Shown here piece by piece: positions 1 through 11,416 of a stretch of DNA of 26,803 nucleotides. The position numbers and the translations under genes were made by a program. The notes under the pieces are model-generated. The model saw nothing but the letters and a program-made list of their open reading frames with translations. It was not told the origin of the DNA and did not search any database. The first letter of the stretch is position 1, and each line of letters begins with the position of its first letter. Origin of the DNA: Thelocarpon superellum (taxonomy: Eukaryota); contig JAPEUG010000023.1 in assembly GCA_026025795.1 (NCBI GenBank), positions 62,001-88,803 of the forward strand, read 5' to 3'.

Positions 1-2849
1 TTGAGCCAGCACATCCGATGAGGATCGAAGACCATTCCGCCCACCACTTGCACCGTGGGTGACGCGCTGTTGACGTGCGTGATCAAGGCGGGCCGCTGGC
101 TGGGTGGATCGAGCTTAAGGTCCGCTGGGACCGGATGCGACAATGGGGAGATCTGTCGTGAGTGTCCCTGCGCGCGGGACGGTGGCGGCAAAGGGACGTC
201 AAAGGGCGCCAGAGCGTTCTCGTTTCCTTCCCATCGAAAGAGCATCGGGTTGTAATGCATGCCTTTGACCGCTGACATCGTCATCAGTTCACGTTCATAC
301 GATCCTTTGCAAAAGGGGGGCCATCAGCACTCACATTTCGCATTGTTATGCGTATCCCCCAACGGTTTGATCAGGTGCGGTTTCTGCGGCGCTCCGTGCC
401 GGCGTTTGGTCCTCATTGGCACAGCCGGGGGCGTGGACGGTCCTAGGCCGAGACCGCGACTGCTCGCTGGCGCTTTCCAGTTCGTGTTCGCCGGGGCGAC
501 TGCGCTCTGTCCCATTGCTGGTCCGATCCGCTGCTCACGCGCGATCCGGCTGGCGGCCGTGTCGCGAGCAAAGCGGGGGGTATACTCCGCCTTGCTTGGA
601 CTCAAGGGCAGCGTCGAGCCAGGCGTCGGGGTCTCGGCGCGCTCGTCGGGTGATTGTAATGAGAGGCCTAGCTTGCTCCGCATCGCCTTGGGCGCGCCTC
701 GTCCAATGGGCGCCCTGACGAATCTCGACTCGCTGGAGGCCGACGTGGGCAGATCGTCGAATACTTCGAGCTCATTGCCGTCGCCAAAATGCCGGCTCTT
801 CTTGGGCCGCGTCAGGGTCCGCTTGGCGATGGCCTCCCGCGCCAACGATTCTGGCGCCAGGGCTTTTCGTCGCTGCGACGGGCTGGGCGATCGAATCGTA
901 CTTCGAGAAGCTCGGGATAGCGAGCGGGGTTGATAGTCGGGTAGGCCCGTTGACGATTCCGAATCTTGTCGCCTGAAGGTTCGCGACGATTTCGATGAGA
1001 CATGATGCGACTGCGACTGCGACGTCCCGCCGGGGAGGAAGGGCACCGGCGGGATTGGAGGGCGGCGCGAATATCCCAAACTGGAATCGGCCCCTGAACG
1101 ATCGACTGGCGTCTTTGGCCGCGAAGGCCCCGCCGGGCGTGCATTGTCGGACCGTGACGGCGTCCGCAGGGGAAGTCGCGCCATGTCGGACCTCGACGGC
1201 GGGCGTGCCGGGAGTCGAGAGTTGTCGGATCTCGATGATGGTCGAGCATGGCTGAAGGAGGGTTTGGCTGGAGATGGCTGTGCCGACGGTATGATGGGCA
1301 TCGACCGCTTCATCTTGAGCAGCTGCGCACTCGTCGTCGTCGGCTCTGGCCGCAGGGTCTTCATGGACGGTCGATTCCCAAGATTCCTCACACGGCTGGG
1401 CGTGGATGGTGCCGTTGAACGCGAAGCGGAAGGTGTAGACGGCGCCGGGATGCTGGAGACGGAGACGGACGAGTGTGGCGAGTGGCCGCTCAATCTCGAC
1501 TGCGGCCGTCGGGCCTCGGGCAAGGCCCCGCCGCTCTCCGACACAGGCTCCAGACCCGCGGATTGCCGACCATTGGCCAGACGAGGGATTCGGGTCTGCG
1601 GCACCTGAGGCTTATTGGTGAAGGTGAGCGTCATGGCTGTCCGACGCACCGGACTGGTCTGTCGCGCGGCCTTGTGCTTGATGTTACGGTTGAGCGTAAG
1701 CTTGCCCGACTCGAAGACGTCGCCATCGCCAATCTCGAGGCCGGAGAAGAAGTCCTCCTTGGCCGCGGCGCGCTTAGCCGCCTGCTGCTCGCCCGAGTAG
1801 TCGGCGGGATCAGGTGACGCATTCTCCTGACGCTTCTTCAGGATATCGTCCAGATGCAGCGGCCCTTCCGGTAGCACCAATCCATCAAGACCTTCGTCTT
1901 CGCTTTCGACAGTAAAGGAGCTGGACATGCTGGGGCTCATGGCGGACAATGAGGAGCTTCGGTTGGAGCGACCATCGCGCTTAGTTCCGCCGTAGCGCGT
2001 GCCCAGGCTGCCCTCGGCCCACTCTTCAAAGTCATCCTGTTGCAAGGCCGGCGTCTTGGGCATATCTTTGCGGGTGGTCAACTTAAGCGGCGCGCCGTCG
2101 TCGGGAAACTCCAAATCTTGCTCAAAGTCATCAAGGCCGGTATCGGTATTGGGTGGAAGGGCAGAGGAGAAGGTGATGGGCTGGCGCCCGGTTGGGCGCG
2201 CCGTCAGCTTGACGGTGGGTACGTTGCCATCATCGCCCAGGAAATCATCCTCGTCGTCGTGATCGCGGAAGGCCTGCAATCGAGGATCGAGATGCTCCGG
2301 CTGCAGGCGTGCTGCAATGCTCGAGCCATTTCTTGACTTGACCGGGTCAGGGGTCGGGGCAAAGTCCGCGCTGAACTGTCGTAAGCTGTCGGGGAAGGTC
2401 TGGGCCGACTTCTTGCGGATGGTCAGGTTGCCGTCGACCGTGGGGAGCTCCAAGTCATCGCTCCAGTCATCCCCCACCGGTCTTCGCGCACGTGAAGCGC
2501 CGAGACGTCGGATGGTACCACCAATGAGGGCGGAAGATGGGACATCTTTGGGGATAGGGATCCCAGCGTCGATAGCCGAGGCAATTGCGTCGACGGTGGA
2601 GGCCTCGTCATCCGCTGGGAGAAGTACTTGACGTTCTTCATCGGGCCCGATGGTGGAGTCAAGATCGGATCGCATCGACACGCGAGATGAGATGGAATCG
2701 CGCTGCTGGAATGCACGGGAGGACGTGGTGTAGGTGGTAGCGATGGAGGCGGTGCGGAAGTGGGAGTCATCTCCCTGGAGATCATCGTCGTCATCCCAGC
2801 ACTCAATCTCCTCCTCGACCGGACGTGCTTTAAGCGATAAGGGTTCCAT
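1..2849 (-). CDS. byr4: Byr4/Bfa1-family SIN/MEN two-component GAP scaffold (cytokinesis regulator); 3' end runs off the window. Exons 2849-335 and 271-<1, intron 334-272
   Basis: 841-aa acidic, Ser/Pro-rich ORF with WDDDDD, DFEQDLEF and FGDGNELEVFDDLP motifs. After a GTGAGT...CAG intron the frame continues as VKGMHYNPMLFRWEGNENAL and VGGMVFDPHRMCWL, the two imperfect C-terminal repeats I recognise from Byr4/Bfa1. Confidence 0.85.
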
Positions 2850-3417
2850 GCCGGCAGGTTGTGACGTTCACGCTGGAGTGGATCGTGGTGGTTCGCGAAG
2901 GGTCTCCGAGCGCCCGGCGGTTCCCCAAGAGATCAGTCGCTGGTGTGCAGAAAACAAGCACCAAATAATAGAGTCATCCAGTCATTACAGGTCATGAGCG
3001 TAAAAGGCCGTGAGTAGGAAGAACATGTCCGAAAGGAGGACGGACGGGCTCCGGGAGCCGTCAGGGTCGTCGATGCCGGCAATGTACTTGTGGAGCTGTA
3101 GAGCTTCGGACCTACTACACCTTGTCCACACCCTCGCCCTCGCCCGGATGTGGGCCGCAGGAGGAGCGGTCAGGATTTGGCACGCAAGTACACGATGGAT
3201 GAGGGATCCAGGAGGTGGACGGGCGATGTGAAGTGATGTCGGAGGGTGGTGTTGGTGGACGGGCGCGAGAGGTTGGTGAGGTGGTTGGGCGGAGCTGCGG
3301 GTTTGATGCAGGCGTCGAGCAGCGGGCGGCGGGCGTGTCTGCTTTAGCGAGCGTGACGGGAAGAATGGCGATCTAAGAAATTTCGGTACCTGCAGGGAAC
3401 AGCGAAGGACCTGTTCT

Positions 3418-3728
3418 ACGCGTGGTCGTCCGCTCGCTACAAGGTACCGCGTTTCGCGACGTAGGTACCGAACCCACACGATTCTCGACTGCCGACCCAG
3501 GCACACGGCGCGCCGGGGGGAGAGAAGGGAGGGGGAGTTCCTTGATCGATCCCGTTCAATGGTGGTCGTGAGCGGGCCGTGTGTTCGAACGCGTATTCCT
3601 ACAAATTGCGGGTGGCGCTCTTGCACCTGCAATTGGTAAATGCACCTGCACTTCACTTTTTCAGGCTGTATGAGTAGACGTACGAAGTACCATTGTGCCG
3701 CTTGGAGTTCAGCAGCTCCCTGACGCGT
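3418..3728. promoter_or_regulatory. Candidate MCB (ACGCGT x3) and SCB (TTTCGCG) cell-cycle elements in the byr4/XRCC4 divergent promoter
   Basis: ACGCGT at 3418-3423, 3589-3594 and 3723-3728; TTTCGCG (reverse complement of CGCGAAA) at 3452-3458. Confidence 0.4.
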
Positions 3729-3817
3729 GGCTGACCAGCATCCGCCCATACATATCAGCCACACGGAGGAGCTGTCCAGCCCCTACGTCGGTACATCATC
3801 CGCCTTTCTACCTTGCC

Positions 3818-5038
3818 ATGGCAGTGCACGCTCGCGTCCTGCGTATCGCGCGCAGTGACGCCGAGGTCGAGACCTCCTTACTCTTACACGTCTCCTCCAA
3901 TGGCCCATCCTCCCTAGACCTCCAGCTGGTCGCGACGGAGGGGGTACATCCCTACGTTGGCTCCGGTATGACCTGGCCCAGTTTCTCCTCTGAAGGATCT
4001 ACACCGAGCTGAAGCACGCAGTTCAGCACGGTCGGGTAAGCGCCTTACGCGCGAAGAATGCCATGGTGACAGATGACGAGTGGGAAACTGTGCTATCCAC
4101 GCTCTTGCGATCGAGCGGCCGAGATCAGGAGGCGCGTCGTGGCATCGAGGGCGTGGAGATGACGGCCTCCGTGACCGAGGGCGTGGACGCGACCGTCACG
4201 ATCCGAAAAAATGTCGGAGGTATCACGGTGATTACACAGGGACCTTTACACTCGTACACCGTGACTCATGGCCGAGACAGCAACGGCTAGGGACCATCTC
4301 CCTGGGACATGATGAGGCTCAGGAAATCGAACTCTTCGATTGGGCCGGCCTTGCAGCAGAAGAGGCATCGTCGGCGCGGGTCGACGTGATGGCATTGATG
4401 ACGCGCTACCGTGCGCAGGAAAAACAGGTGCAACAGCTCACGCGACAGTTGGACGACTTGATCAAGGCCAAGAAGGAGCACGAGGATACCTTACTCCAGA
4501 AGTGTCGAGAGCTACTGAACCGCAAGAAGCTCAAGATCCGTGATCAACAACGCCTGTTACAAGGAGCCATACTTGACCCCGTCCGCGGTGAGTGTGCTCG
4601 CGTGCACAGAACGGTGCCTGTATGGCTTTAACGCATGAGATTGTAGCGGCCGAGGTGGGAGCGGCAAGGGCCCCGTTGATGCCTCACGTGCTCGCACCCT
4701 CACGGCCAGCAAAGCGGAAGAGCGAAACGGACGGAATGTCGAGGTCGGACGGGGACGACCTGTCTGATGCGTACAGGAGCCACTTCGACGACGCTGTAGA
4801 CGACGAAGGCCGCGAAACACGCGTCGCACAACCTACCCCAGATCGGTCTGAGGACGGAACCACTGAAGATGAGTCCGAACAAGAGGATAAGGTGGCTGAT
4901 ACAAGCTTGGTATCACGACCCGCGATCACCACCCAGGACTCAATTGAAAGTCCCGGCCGCGACCGCGTCATTGGGTCGACAGGCGAGGCTGGTGGCGCTG
5001 CAAGTGATGGAAGCGAGACCAGCGATGATGAGCTGTGA
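3818..5038 (+). CDS. XRCC4: XRCC4/Lif1-like NHEJ protein. Exons 3818-3965, 4022-4227, 4281-4587, 4647-5038
   Basis: Three GT-AG introns join four ORF pieces in frame. The product has a head domain (LDLQLVATEG..PY; TIRKNVGGITQRLGTISL; IELFDW), a coiled coil ending ELLNRKKLKIRDQQRLL (compare XRCC4 LVLNEKKTKIRSL) and an acidic tail. Confidence 0.8.
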
Positions 5039-6263
5039 AGGGCATAATCGGTTCCTGTCACTTAGCCAGATTATGCCATCGTTATCGGTCACTACTGGGT
5101 ACGGGTTTGGAGAACAGAATGGTCGATACAAGCCTCTGCACTTCCTGCTAGCCACTAAAAATAGACGGGATGATTGGTGCCGCGATCCATGGAACAAGGT
5201 CCTCTAAATAGCTTGGCCGCGTTCTGTGGTAGGGTGCCTGTGGATTGGCTGTCATCCCAGTTGCGCGGCATGAACCGTCCCAGCCGGATTGATTCTCCCC
5301 GGAGCCGTAGCCAAACTACTGGCGAACACCAGGACAAAGGTCATGAGGACGTGTATCGAGTAATAGGAATAGGGACCGTTACAACTTAGCACACGCAGCT
5401 CGCCTCACCTGCTTGGTTGGACGGCGCCCTACCTTAACGCAGGAGCGAGCGACTGGTGCAGAGCGCCCCAGATGCGAGAGCGAAGAAATTTTGCCACAGG
5501 CCCAACATGAGGCGGCGCTGATTTTCGCTTTTCGTCCACGTTCGGATTGCTTGTTGCGTCAAAAGCCGCAGTGAGAGGATGCAGCAACTCAAACCCCGGT
5601 CTTGGTACCTTGTACGTACGGTCGGCCTAAGTACATACATTCACTTCGAGGACAAGTGCCATTGTAGAAAAGTCCAGGAAAATCGGCCGGGAGGGTACGC
5701 GGCTGGTACGGCGCTGGCCGGTACAGTGTTGGGGCGGCCACGGGTCTGCCTGCAGTATTTCGTACTGCGTACTGCGTTCATAACTCGTCGCGAGTCTAGA
5801 AGGACCCCTGCAGCCGGTCAACGTATTACTCGTGCTGCTACGAGGGGCAGCTCGCCGCACTTCATTCACGTTCAACCTCATCTGCACCCGAACCATTACC
5901 CTCCTGTCGTCGTCTCCTCCCCTCTCATTCCCTCCGATTCACTTCCTTCCCTCCTCCCCTCTCTTCTCTCACCCCCTCACCCATGCATGCGGGCCATTCA
6001 CCAGCCAGGGTAGCGACCGCCGCATGGCGCCATCGCCGTCGTGGCCGCTGCTGAATCGAGCTCGTCCGATGCTTGGTCACTCCTCTCTAGCAGCAACAAT
6101 CGCACGCGAGCGTTCACTGTCCGGCACACAATACAGCGGCCCATTATTTCCGCCGTCTGCCTGTCTATGCTCTCTCAACAGCTTCCGCCATTGCACAGCA
6201 CCGCGCTCACCCACCACTTCTAGCACGCCTTTCATCGCACGTCTCTGCTCCCGCAAAGACCGT

Positions 6264-6353
6264 TAAGCCACGTTCAAAGCCCACGCTCAAAGCCTTCGCT
6301 CAAGGCCCACCTTCAAAGCCGAAGCTTAAAGCTTTAGCTTGAAGCCCCACTTC
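6264..6353 (+). repeat. Degenerate 13-nt tandem repeat, about 7 units, consensus AAAGCCYMCGYTC
   Basis: Units start at 6276 aaagcccacgctc, 6289 aaagccttcgctc, 6302 aaggcccaccttc, 6315 aaagccgaagctt, 6328 aaagctttagctt and 6341 gaagccccacttc, preceded by a 12-nt unit at 6264. Confidence 0.7.
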
Positions 6354-6486
6354 GAGTTCAAGATCAAAACCCCACCCTCCTCGCGCGTGTACGACTCCTC
6401 CAACATTTGTCAGTCACGTCTTGTCCGCACGAACCAACCGTCGCTCAGCGCTCACCGCCCATTTACCGTCCTGGTTGCTCCGAGCG

Positions 6487-8976
6487 ATGTACCCGCCTTC
6501 ACGCCCGAAAGATCCACAACATATCAACAGCGGCGTACATCATCCAAAGCATCATGTCTTACCCCACGTACCATACCTAGTCGCCATTCCCACCAGAGAT
6601 CCCTTCCACGTCAGTCGGTCCCAGAAAGACAACTGGAGGACAGGCATTCACTGGCCTGGCGGCGCCCCCTTTGAAGCCGACGAGGAGGTCTTACAATACT
6701 TGACCTTCATCAAGCCCTCGAAGAAGAGTGTTCTCGTCGCCGACATCGACTGGGAGACCGATGGGCGTATGAAAGCCCCGGCGACATCGGCCAGTCTCGC
6801 GCAGAGCATCCTCTTGAAACCAATCGACGAAGCAAAGTTTAAGCAGAAGATCAGCCTGGCTGCCTACAATCAGAGGAAAAAAGGCACCCCCACGGCGCCC
6901 TTGTCCTCATCCACGTCTACGATCACGACCACCTCGAAGCCTGAAGTCGTGAAGACGAACAGCAACCCAGAAAGCACCCTTTTCACAGCTACGAACGAGC
7001 CTGAGGCAGCAAAGACGAACGGGAAACACGAATTTCCCCTGTCTACCGCCACAGCCAAGGCCGAAGCAGCAAAGCAAAACGGGAAGTCTGAGCTCATCCG
7101 ATACACAGCTACGATCAAGCTCGACCCAGTGGAGACGAATGGGATCCACAAGCCAACGCCGTCAATGATTACCGCCCTCTCTTGCCACACGAACTCGAGT
7201 GGTGAACAGAAGCCCACGCCGTCCACGCGATCTGCTCTACCTCGAACGAAGACCAGCGAGAAACATAAGCTTCCCATCTCTACCGAGCCTGCCCAATCTC
7301 GGCCCACGAAGATGAGCGGGATCTCTAAGGCCGCCGAATCTATCATGGCGGCCTCTTCCCAGAAGACGACGATGAACGGGGCAGCCCCCACCAGTCAGGC
7401 CCGGCCCAAGAAGAGGTGACTGACCTTCCCAGTTGGACTGTGAAGCATGCAGTCGCTGACCATCCAATCCGCTAGGTCGCCTGAACCTTTTAGTGATCGT
7501 CCCTCTTCGAGCGGGACGTCGCAAGAGAGCGTCCATCGGGCGAAGAAAGCCCGGACCGTGGAATCCCCCCGTCGCGTGGTCTCGGACGTGCACTCAGGTC
7601 GCGCAAAGTCACCGACGGCGAAGACGTCGAGACCTCCCCATAACCTCCCACCGCTTCTGTCACCCACTCTACCACCCGTGATCGAGGAAGAGCTGAGGTT
7701 GACTCAGAGCCGACCGCCGGCACAAGACCATGCTTCGAAGAATCCCAAGTCAAATGGCACCAACACCAAGCCACAGCTGAGGAAGACGCCACTCCTCCCA
7801 CCCTCTCAAGACAGCGTCTCCAAACTTTCTCGCCCGAGCGCCGGTCCGCCGTCGGCCAAGTCAGAGCAGACGAAGGCTCCCGAGGCCAAGGCCAACGGGG
7901 CCAAGCCTACCGGTGCCGTGCCCAAGCCCAAGGCCGGACTCACCCCACCCAAGATGGTAGTGGTGCTCAAATACGGCCGCGGCCGGAGGAAAGACGTGCA
8001 GCGGATCCTCATCTTCTCGCCCAGGACCAATCCGGCCTCGGTCGGGGGCAAGCGGCCTCGGGCGCCCAATGGCGAGATGGCGGCCGAGCCGCCCGCCAAG
8101 CGGCAGAAGGCGCCCGAGACGACGGCGGCCCCCGATATAGAGGGGGCGAAGACGCCCAAGGTGGGGCGCAACGAGGGCGCAGGCCTGGCCCTGGTCCAAG
8201 GAAAAGCGTTCGTTCCGGCTGAAACGGGGCGCGCGCCCGAGCTCGAGGGTTGGCGTGCGGAGCACGTCAAGTATCTCGAGCTCGGGCGCAAAACCAAACA
8301 CGAGTCCCAAGAGGTCCTCCGGACCTCTTCCACGGAGGGCGCCGCCGTGGAGGAGCGCGACCAGAAACTGGGCGCGCTCCTGGGGCTGGAGAGCGTGCTC
8401 TGCTGGTTCCTCGCCTTTGCTGCGCTCGACGAGGTGGGACGTCTGAATCGCAAGGGAGGCGAGGCGGCGAACTGGCAGAGCACGCTCCCGTTCTGGCGGT
8501 TCGTGGAGGGCAGGTGTCGGGAGTTTCCCCAACTCCACGGGCTGTGCCTCCAGCTTGGGGCCGTCTGCCACGAGGTTATCCACGGCCTTGACATGGAGCG
8601 ACTCCGCAAGGGGGAGCTGCCGGATAGCAGAGCGGGCCCCGAGCTGGAGCACGAGGTAGCGGCGGTACGCCGCGAGTACACGCAGTGGATGCACGAAGCG
8701 GCCAAGCGGGGCCGCGACCTGCGCCGTCTCTGGGCCGATGGCCAGCGGGAGCTGGCCATCGATGACCTCATCGACGACTTCCCCCAGACTTGGGCGAAGC
8801 GTGGGCGGGGGTCGCGCACTACAGCGCGGCCGACTCCGGCCGACCATGACGCGGTCACCTTCCACCTGCCGCTGATGAGCGTGTCGACGCCGTGGGAAGC
8901 CGTGTCGGCCGCCACCAGTGTCCTCACGGAGTGGGCTCAGCGTGAGGGAGTGGTATGGGAGAGCCGCCTGGGGTAA
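6487..8976 (+). CDS. Probable Ebp1/AFF-like (ELL-binding) transcription elongation protein. Exons 6487-7415 and 7476-8976; start codon uncertain
   Basis: A GTGACT...GCTGAC...TAG intron joins the 332-aa and 509-aa ORFs in frame. Features: N-terminal PFEADEEVLQYLTFI and KQKISLAAY motifs, LPPLLSPTLPP, a VVLKYG..RRKDVQRIL motif and a helical C-terminal domain (LGRKTKH...ESVLCWFLAF...WQSTLPFW) resembling the Ebp1 C-terminal domain. The gene is clear; the family call is from memory. Confidence 0.55.
6925..7380 (+). repeat. Degenerate 60-nt (20-aa) coding tandem repeat, about 7-8 copies, within the Ebp1-like gene
   Basis: TNEPEAAKTNGKHEFPLSTA / TAKAEAAKQNGKSELIRYTA / TIKLDPVETNGIHKPTPSMI / TALSCHTNSSGEQKPTPSTR. 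At DNA level gaagacgaac, aaagacgaac, aaagcaaaac and ggagacgaat recur exactly 60 nt apart. Confidence 0.75.
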
Positions 8977-9785
8977 CGGGCAGCCTCCACTACTCCTGTC
9001 GCCGCCCCACCGCGAGAAAGTGACCTGTGGCGGCCGACGCTGCTTTTCCGTCCGCGGTGGCAGAGTGAGCGCCGATCAGTCACACCCCCATCTTCTCTTA
9101 CTTCCGACGCTCGTTCCTCTAACGATCTCGCGGTCGATATCTCCCGGCCACGAATCCTCTCTCGGCGTCTGCGTCGGCGCCCAACGTCTCTCCTCGGGCG
9201 CCCCCGACATCATTTGGGGCAAGGTGGAGGTTGCGGCCGGCCGCCGGTGGCAGGCTATTGGCTTTTCTTGTCTTCTTTCGTGGCGTCGTCTGGAGTCCTC
9301 TTGGGACGGAATACCCTGGTTGGATGACCGATTGGACGGCTGGGTGGTGGGAGGGTTGGATGAGTGAAAGGCCTAATGGTTGATCTGCAATCACTAGGGA
9401 CACGTCTGTCATGCAGCCGTACATATACCCTAGCATCAAAGGCATCATCGTTCTCGTCATATCGCTGACTGGCCCTTTGGCGACGAAGGCGGACAAGGCC
9501 CATCCGTTGCTAGTAGGCTTAAATGACCTCAAGCAGAACGACCGAGGATGTCCTATCTCTCCAGCAGGGACATGCGTCATGACTACGCTCGAAGAGTAAT
9601 TGACGATTTATCAGCGGGAATTCCCAGATTTAAAGGGACCCAAGATCATCGGCGCTCTCCCCGGTATTTGGGACATCATTGAATCATGGACGGGGCTCAT
9701 GGTATAATTTATATCGAGCTAAGTAGCTCACAAGTGTAATTCATGGGCCGCCCCCGCTCCATCAAGTCTCTCTTAACATCCCCAT

Positions 9786-10836
9786 TCAAGATCGATCGTT
9801 CGCATCGAACTTCTGCCGCCAGAAGCCCCGGAAGTGCTTCTTGGCCCCCTCGCGATCGATCTCCGCAATCTCGTCTGGGGAGAGGGTGAACGTCGTCGCT
9901 TGCAGGTACTCTTTCAGCCGTTCCTCCTTCCCACTCGTTGTGACCGCGACAATGTTCTGGTCGAGGCACCAGCGCAAGGTCACCGCGCCCTCACTGACGC
10001 CGTACTTTTGTGCAATGCGGGCGATCACCTCGTCCGTTGGTCCCGGGCTAGCCTTTGTCAACGCGGTGAGCGGCCCATAGGCTTCGGTGAGTATCCCATG
10101 GTCATGATGGAAGGCGACGAGCTCATCACGCTGCAGGTAAGGATGAAACTCGACCTGGTTGATGACGGGGGGAATCGTGGCCTTCTCCAGCGTCGAGGCA
10201 AGATGGCTGGGTGCGTAATTTGAGACGCCAATGGATTTGGCGCGCCCGGATTGCTTAATCTCTTCCATGGCTTTCCAGGCATTCTGCAAGTCGCTCGAGG
10301 ACTCGGCGAAAAATGGAGCGTGAATCAGATAGCTTGACGAATATCAGCAAGGGATGGGGTGGGTGTTCGAGGAACAAAGGTGACGGCACGCACAGATCCA
10401 CGTAGTCCAATCCGAGCTTCTTGAGGCTCGCGGCAAAGGCCTTGGGAATGTCGGTCACGCCCTTGAAGACTTTGGTGGTGACAAAGAGCTTCTCTCGCGG
10501 CAGCTGGGACTCTTTGATGGCGATACCCAGCTCGTGCTCGGTGTTGTAAACTTCACGGAGGCAACGTCAGCGAAGGCGTGCGTCTACGGCCACTATGGCT
10601 CATGGCGCACCCTCTGCTCCATCTAGGTGGGTGAAGCCCAGCTTGATAGCGGTCTTGATGGCATCCACCAGTGCCCGGTCGGTCCCTTCGCTCGTCGCCC
10701 CCTTCGACCACGCTGTTCCCACGCCAAAGCCAAGCTACGCGGTAGATGAGATTCCGATGCTCAAGGGACGAGGCCGCATACTCACGGCAGGTATGGAATG
10801 ACCGTCATTCAATGTGACGGAAGGAAGCGTCGTCAT
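9786..10836 (-). CDS. Aldo-keto reductase (NADPH-dependent). Exons 10836-10786, 10734-10611, 10550-10394, 10332-9786
   Basis: The spliced product has [16 protein letters not shown], the catalytic tetrad (HLDGAE D, VYNTE Y, FVTTK K, YLIHAP H), AKSIGVSNY and INQVEFHPY. Confidence 0.93.
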
Positions 10837-11416
10837 TGTGGCCGGGGTATGAAGGCTGCGGGTACGAGAAAGACAGAGTCGTATGTCAATGGACCGGTGG
10901 CGGTAGAAGCGTGACGACAAGAAGACCACACGAGACAGTGATGCTGGCGTTGGACTCATGTGACATGCCACACGAATCTTTCATGAAGCTGCGGAGTATT
11001 TGTGGGGTCTTTACGACTGACCGTGCTCGTGGTTCGGAGTTACGGCACTGTTCTCTTCATTGACCGCTGGAGGACATGTCTAACATCGTCGCGAGTAGAG
11101 ATGAGTAGTGGCACCTACATATCTCGACACTCTCGGCCATTGTACCAGTCGAAGGGGGCTCCTGCAGGAGACTTCTCGTACAGGTACTTCGTACAACCCA
11201 TACGCTCGCACCTAAACTTTATCATTATTCAGATGGCTTGAGCGGCGTCGATGACGAAATTCCCAGATTCGTCATTCGCGAGGGACCTCGCTTGACCATC
11301 CACCACGAAGTCATAGCTCCCCGCCCCATGGTATGTAAGCTCAACCATTATGCACGGAGGATTGTCATCTTGTAATCTCGCGGAGGTCCCATTCTTTGTC
11401 TCCTTCTTTGCAGTTC

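Noticed and set aside
2985..3764. 259-aa minus-strand ORF in the byr4/XRCC4 intergenic region
   Set aside because: Non-ATG start, Arg/Pro-rich composition, no domain, and it overlaps the expected promoter and leader.
7806..8927. Long antisense ORFs (373 and 334 aa), and similar ones opposite byr4, PUF and SCD6
   Set aside because: They are shadows of GC-rich coding sequence on the other strand and have no recognisable motifs.
9411..9599. 62-aa ORF with a hydrophobic N-terminus (possible small secreted peptide)
   Set aside because: Short, lies between two convergent 3' ends, has no convincing cleavage site or family motif, and cannot be told from chance.
9750..9788. Stop-codon readthrough creating a cryptic PTS1 on the aldo-keto reductase
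   Set aside because: The stop context is TGA ATG rather than TGA CTA, and the extension ends in ...LRET, which is not SKL-like.
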